A stretch of DNA of 64,000 nt from a virus: the IMG/VR virus record IMGVR_UViG_3300050821_002122, positions 1 to 64,000 of that record. One strand, written 5' to 3'. Position 1 is the first letter of the stretch, and each line of letters opens with the position of its first letter. This document shows positions 60,025 through 64,000 of this stretch, piece after piece. The notes under the pieces are model-generated. The model did not search any database, was not told where the DNA came from, and saw only the letters and a list, made by a program, of their open reading frames with translations. The translations under genes were made by a program, and so were the position numbers.

Positions 60025-63000
60025 ATGACAACGCAATCGAAATTCTACTACCTGGTGACAATGCACCAAGATGCCGAGCATAACACTTACTTGGCTCCCG
60101 TTGTTAGCGCTTTGCCGCTCGTTCAAAACCTGGAGGACATGGTAGTAATTTTGGGCCTTGACGTAGGTGTCACTGCGCAAGGTCTGTATATGTTCGATGG
60201 CATTCAATGGCGTTTCACGATGCCTATGCCAGCAATCAGTGGCGCAATCATCCGAGGTGACAACATCGACCTGTACTACAACAGGACTGATGATGTCACC
60301 TTAGACCCGTCTGTGACGGTCTACAAGAATGGTCAGCAGCAATCGACTGACATCATCACTCACGGCAACGCTGTATATGCGGTACGCACGCCGCCACCAG
60401 GTCAGATACCAGCCGTGACCTCAGTCAACGGACAGACCGGTGCAGTAACTGTCAACGCTGCCAACTTACCAGGTCTCGCAATAGTTGCACAAACTGGCGC
60501 CTACAGCGATCTGGTCGGTCTCCCACCCGCGTATTCCCTGCCAGTTGCCACACCTACCGTTTTGGGTGGCGTAATAGTGCCTACTGCTTCGTCGTTGTCG
60601 GTGGATGGTAGCGGGAATATTGATATTAAGGCTTCAGTGTTGACCGCGATCGCTGCTGCGATACAGTCTGTTGTAACGAGTGGTACTGGCACTTCGCTCA
60701 TCAAATCTGTGGCATCCGGCACTGCGACACTGAAGAGTGTTATAGCTGGTACTGGCATGACCATCACGGATGACGGCAATGGAACACTGACGTTCGTGAG
60801 TAGTGGTTCTGCGCTGGTGCCTGCAACACCAACCGCGTTGGGTGGTGTTATCGTACCGTCAGCTTCACACATAGCAGTAGACGGCTCAGGCAACATCGAC
60901 CTTAGCTCGGCATTCCTGGCAGCATTTGGTACGAAGATAGGCACCGTTGCTGATGCAGTGCCTGCTAGTGGAACGTCATTGATCGCCTCAGTGACAGCAG
61001 GCTCCGCGCTGTTCAATACACTGAGCGCTGGCAGTGGCATCTCTATAGCGCTCGCAGGTGGCACGATAACCATCAGCAGCGGTGCGGTGCCAGCGACCAC
61101 CACGAGCCTAGGTCTGGTGCAAATCGGTACTGGTCTCAACGTCGATGTCAGTGGTTTGCTGTCGCTGGCCAAGGCTACTGCGTCCACGCTGGGCGGTGTG
61201 GTAGTTGGTGCCGGCCTGACTGTTGATGGTGCTGGTACCATTTCCTACAACCTGCCTATCGCATCTGCCTCTGTGTTAGGTGGCATCAAGATCGGTACTG
61301 GGTTGAGTATCGATGTCAACGGTGTTGTCGAGGCAGCCGCCTCCATGCCAGCGACTACGACTACCATCGGTGCCATAATTGTGGGCAGTGGTCTAGCCGT
61401 CCAAACAGACGGTACGCTAAGTGCTGTGTTCCCTGTTACTTCGATTAATACCAAGCTGGGTGATGTGGTCATCACTGCTGGCACTGGCATGACCATCGAC
61501 AATAGCGGCAGCGGCATCATCCTCAACGTGACATTGAGTCAAGCTCAAGTAATTGCAGCATTGGGCTACACGCCATATAACGGTACGCTGAATCCTTCGG
61601 GTTTTTTGACTGCCAATCAGACTATCACCGTAACTGGTGACGTTAGTGGTAGCGGCACTACTGCGCTAAATCTTGTGTTTGCGAATAGTGGTGTCGCAGC
61701 AGGCACCTACACCAAGGTCACTGTGGACACCAAAGGTCGTGTAACAGCTGGTCTGAATCCGACTACGCTGAACGGCTACGGTATAACCGATGCTCTGAAT
61801 GCTATCACCGGCGGTGCAGTAACAGGCACAGTAACATTCGGTTCTGGTGCCAAACTGACAGGTTTGATTGCACCGCAGTCTGGTTCAGATGCTGCGACCA
61901 AAGACTATGTTGATACCGCAATTCAAGGCGTTGCAAACGGTACGTCGTGGAAGGCTAATGCGAATGCAGCTTCCACAGGTCCGCTGACGCTAAGTGGTCT
62001 TCAGACAGTAGACGGCTATGTGTTGCAGACGAATGACCGTGTGTTGGTCAAAGATCAGACAGACCAGACTATCAACGGTGTGTACGTTGCATCGGCAGGT
62101 GCATGGACCCGTGCAACCGATCTGGATAGCGGTGCTGAATTGCAAGGTATGGCAATACTGGTCTTGAATGGGTCAGCCAACGCATTGACTCAATGGGTCA
62201 ATACTGCGGCTAGCCCGATCACTGTTGGCACTACCAACCTGGTCTATGCCAAGCTTCAGCCACCTCCACCAGCGTACACTGCGGGCACAGGCTTGTCGAT
62301 TACTGCAAATCAGTTCTCGATAGCTAACACAGGCGTGACTGCTGGTGTATATACGAAAGTAACGGTGAACGCGCAAGGTCAGGTAACTGCCGGCGCACAG
62401 TTCTCGATCACTGATATCTCGACGGCATTGGGCTACACGCCGTACAACGCCAGCAACCCAGCGAACTACATATCGACAAACCTGCCGATTACTCTGAGTG
62501 GTGATGCAACTGGCACGGGCACCACAGCAATCAACGTAACTTTGGCTACCTCCGGTGTCACTCCAGGTACGTATTCCAAGGTAACGGTGGATGCAAAAGG
62601 TCGTGTCACTGTTGGGGCTAACCTTAGCAACACCGAGATAGTGGCAGCAATCGGTTACACGCCAGTCAATCGCGCAGGTGATACGATGAGCGGCGCTTTG
62701 AACGATGCACCAGCAGTTACGGTTGCTTCGGCAGCTACTATGCTGATCGGTGCCGCTGCATCGAACACCTGCAACATCAGTGGCACGACCAAAATTACAG
62801 CATTCGATTCTATTCCCAATGGTGCCGTTCGCAATCTGATCTTCGCTGGCGTGCTGACGTTGACCAATTCGTCGAACCTAACACTGCCGACGGGTGCCAA
62901 TATCACTACCGCAGCAGGTGACACAGCAGTCTTCGTGTCGCAAGGTAGCGGTATCTGGAAGTGCTTGAACTATTCGCGGGCTAGTGGTGCTGCGTTGGTC

Positions 63001-64000
63001 GGTGCACCAGACGTAACGAAGCTGCCATTGGCTGGTGGTACCTTGAGCGGTACTCTGAACTTAGCGCCTCAGGTCGCGGTTACTGCGGCAGCTACGACCA
63101 CAATTGCGGCACAAGGTGCGAACGACATCATAGTGAATGGTGCGACTACCATAACAGCGTTCGATGCTGCTCCACTTGGTGCCGTACGTACATTGACATT
63201 CTATGGTGGTGCGCTGTTGACCAACAACATCGTATCTTTAGTGTTGCCAACCAGTGCTAACATTCAGACGATACCTGGAGATTCTGCGCAGTTCACATCG
63301 ATATCCGGTGGCTGGCGTTGCGACTGGTACACACGCCATGATGGTACACCGCTGGCGGGTAGCGCCGATCCTACGAAACTGCCGCTAGCTGGCGGTAAGA
63401 TGACGGGTGCCTTGAATCTCGCAACGTCAGTCACGATTGCTTCAAGTGCAGTACCTGCGATTGGTGCCGCGGCCTCGAATGAGATTATTATCAGTGGTAC
63501 GACTACCATCACTGGCTTCGATAGCATCGCTGATGGTGCTGTACGTCGGGTAACGTTCACGGGTATCTTGACGCTGACGAATTCGTCTACGTTGATCTTA
63601 CCAGGCGCGACCAATATTGCTACCGCTGTTGGTGACGGTGCACAATTCACTTCGCTGGGTGCTGGTAGCTGGCGCTGCGATTACTACACACGCGCGAATG
63701 GTACGGCAGTAGTTGGTGCATTTGACGCTACGAAACTTCCACTGGCAGGTGGAACGATGTCAGGGGCACTGAACTTCGCTCCGACCGTAACTGTAGCATC
63801 TGCATCTACCGTCAACATCGGTGCTGCGGCAGCCAACGATATAGCGATCACTGGCACGACCAGCATCGTTGCGTTCGACACTGTAGCATCGGGTATCGAA
63901 CGGCAGGTTACATTCGCTGGCATCTTGACGTTGACCAATAGCACTGGCTTGATCTTACCAGGCACCACGAACATCACGACAGCCGCTGGTGATACTGCAC
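60025..64000 (+). CDS. Very long tail fibre protein, 3' truncated by window edge (not in ORF track)
   Basis: Frame read by hand from ATG 60025 (MTTQSKFYYLV) at many points, with no stop seen to the window end. Contains LGG(V/I) repeats, GTYTKVTVD.KGRVT.G, DAATKDYVD and DRVLVKDQT...NGVY...GAWTRATD fibre modules. Confidence 0.85.
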   Translation, partial: MTTQSKFYYLVTMHQDAEHNTYLAPVVSALPLVQNLEDMVVILGLDVGVTAQGLYMFDGIQWRFTMPMPAISGAIIRGDNIDLYYNRTDDVTLDPSVTVYKNGQQQSTDIITHGNAVYAVRTPPPGQIPAVTSVNGQTGAVTVNAANLPGLAIVAQTGAYSDLVGLPPAYSLPVATPTVLGGVIVPTASSLSVDGSGNIDIKASVLTAIAAAIQSVVTSGTGTSLIKSVASGTATLKSVIAGTGMTITDDGNGTLTFVSSGSALVPATPTALGGVIVPSASHIAVDGSGNIDLSSAFLAAFGTKIGTVADAVPASGTSLIASVTAGSALFNTLSAGSGISIALAGGTITISSGAVPATTTSLGLVQIGTGLNVDVSGLLSLAKATASTLGGVVVGAGLTVDGAGTISYNLPIASASVLGGIKIGTGLSIDVNGVVEAAASMPATTTTIGAIIVGSGLAVQTDGTLSAVFPVTSINTKLGDVVITAGTGMTIDNSGSGIILNVTLSQAQVIAALGYTPYNGTLNPSGFLTANQTITVTGDVSGSGTTALNLVFANSGVAAGTYTKVTVDTKGRVTAGLNPTTLNGYGITDALNAITGGAVTGTVTFGSGAKLTGLIAPQSGSDAATKDYVDTAIQGVANGTSWKANANAASTGPLTLSGLQTVDGYVLQTNDRVLVKDQTDQTINGVYVASAGAWTRATDLDSGAELQGMAILVLNGSANALTQWVNTAASPITVGTTNLVYAKLQPPPPAYTAGTGLSITANQFSIANTGVTAGVYTKVTVNAQGQVTAGAQFSITDISTALGYTPYNASNPANYISTNLPITLSGDATGTGTTAINVTLATSGVTPGTYSKVTVDAKGRVTVGANLSNTEIVAAIGYTPVNRAGDTMSGALNDAPAVTVASAATMLIGAAASNTCNISGTTKITAFDSIPNGAVRNLIFAGVLTLTNSSNLTLPTGANITTAAGDTAVFVSQGSGIWKCLNYSRASGAALVGAPDVTKLPLAGGTLSGTLNLAPQVAVTAAATTTIAAQGANDIIVNGATTITAFDAAPLGAVRTLTFYGGALLTNNIVSLVLPTSANIQTIPGDSAQFTSISGGWRCDWYTRHDGTPLAGSADPTKLPLAGGKMTGALNLATSVTIASSAVPAIGAAASNEIIISGTTTITGFDSIADGAVRRVTFTGILTLTNSSTLILPGATNIATAVGDGAQFTSLGAGSWRCDYYTRANGTAVVGAFDATKLPLAGGTMSGALNFAPTVTVASASTVNIGAAAANDIAITGTTSIVAFDTVASGIERQVTFAGILTLTNSTGLILPGTTNITTAAGDTA
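62665..64000 (+). repeat. Four tandem 119-aa (357-nt) in-frame repeats
   Basis: Units start at 62665, 63022, 63379 and 63736 (LPLAGG..SGALN...I.G.T.I.AFD....G..R...F.G.LTLTN...L.LP...NI.T..GD.A). Confidence 0.9.

Noticed and set aside
1-64000. tRNA, rRNA, terminase, portal or integrase genes
   Set aside because: None recognised. Intergenic gaps are mostly too short for RNA genes. A tRNAscan/Infernal run would be needed to exclude them formally.

Overview
This window is part of a large tailed-phage (jumbo myovirus-type) genome with densely packed genes in strand-switched blocks. The + strand block 2.3-31.6 kb holds neck/adaptor-like genes, an accessory cluster, a 1528-aa SNF2-type helicase, prohead protease, scaffold, decoration protein, major capsid protein, tail sheath, tail tube and a free-standing endonuclease. 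The - strand block 33.8-48.2 kb holds DnaB-like and UvsW-like helicases, a bacterial-type beta clamp, a DnaX-like clamp loader, SbcC and a Cas4-like nuclease. The + strand blocks 48.2-54.8 kb and 56-64 kb hold duplicated tail-fibre/propeller cassettes, a lysis cassette with a GH19 endolysin and a very long fibre gene that runs off the window. The main finding is an ~11-residue N-terminal leader, M-K-I-E-A-A-x-R-L-x-A, on 13 mostly unrelated proteins, including homospermidine synthase, a GNAT, a membrane protein and small charged helical proteins. It is conserved at protein level but not DNA level. It also occurs once internally, and a close match sits at the extreme C-terminus of the scaffold protein. 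I infer a capsid-targeting/prohead-protease signal that loads enzymes and effectors into the virion. Two short motifs sit just upstream of operon starts: CAATTTWA before structural genes and AGTAAATA before replication genes. Family calls come from motif recognition by eye. No searches were run. Resemblance to the RSL1/Lu11/PaBG-type jumbo phages is an unverified impression.
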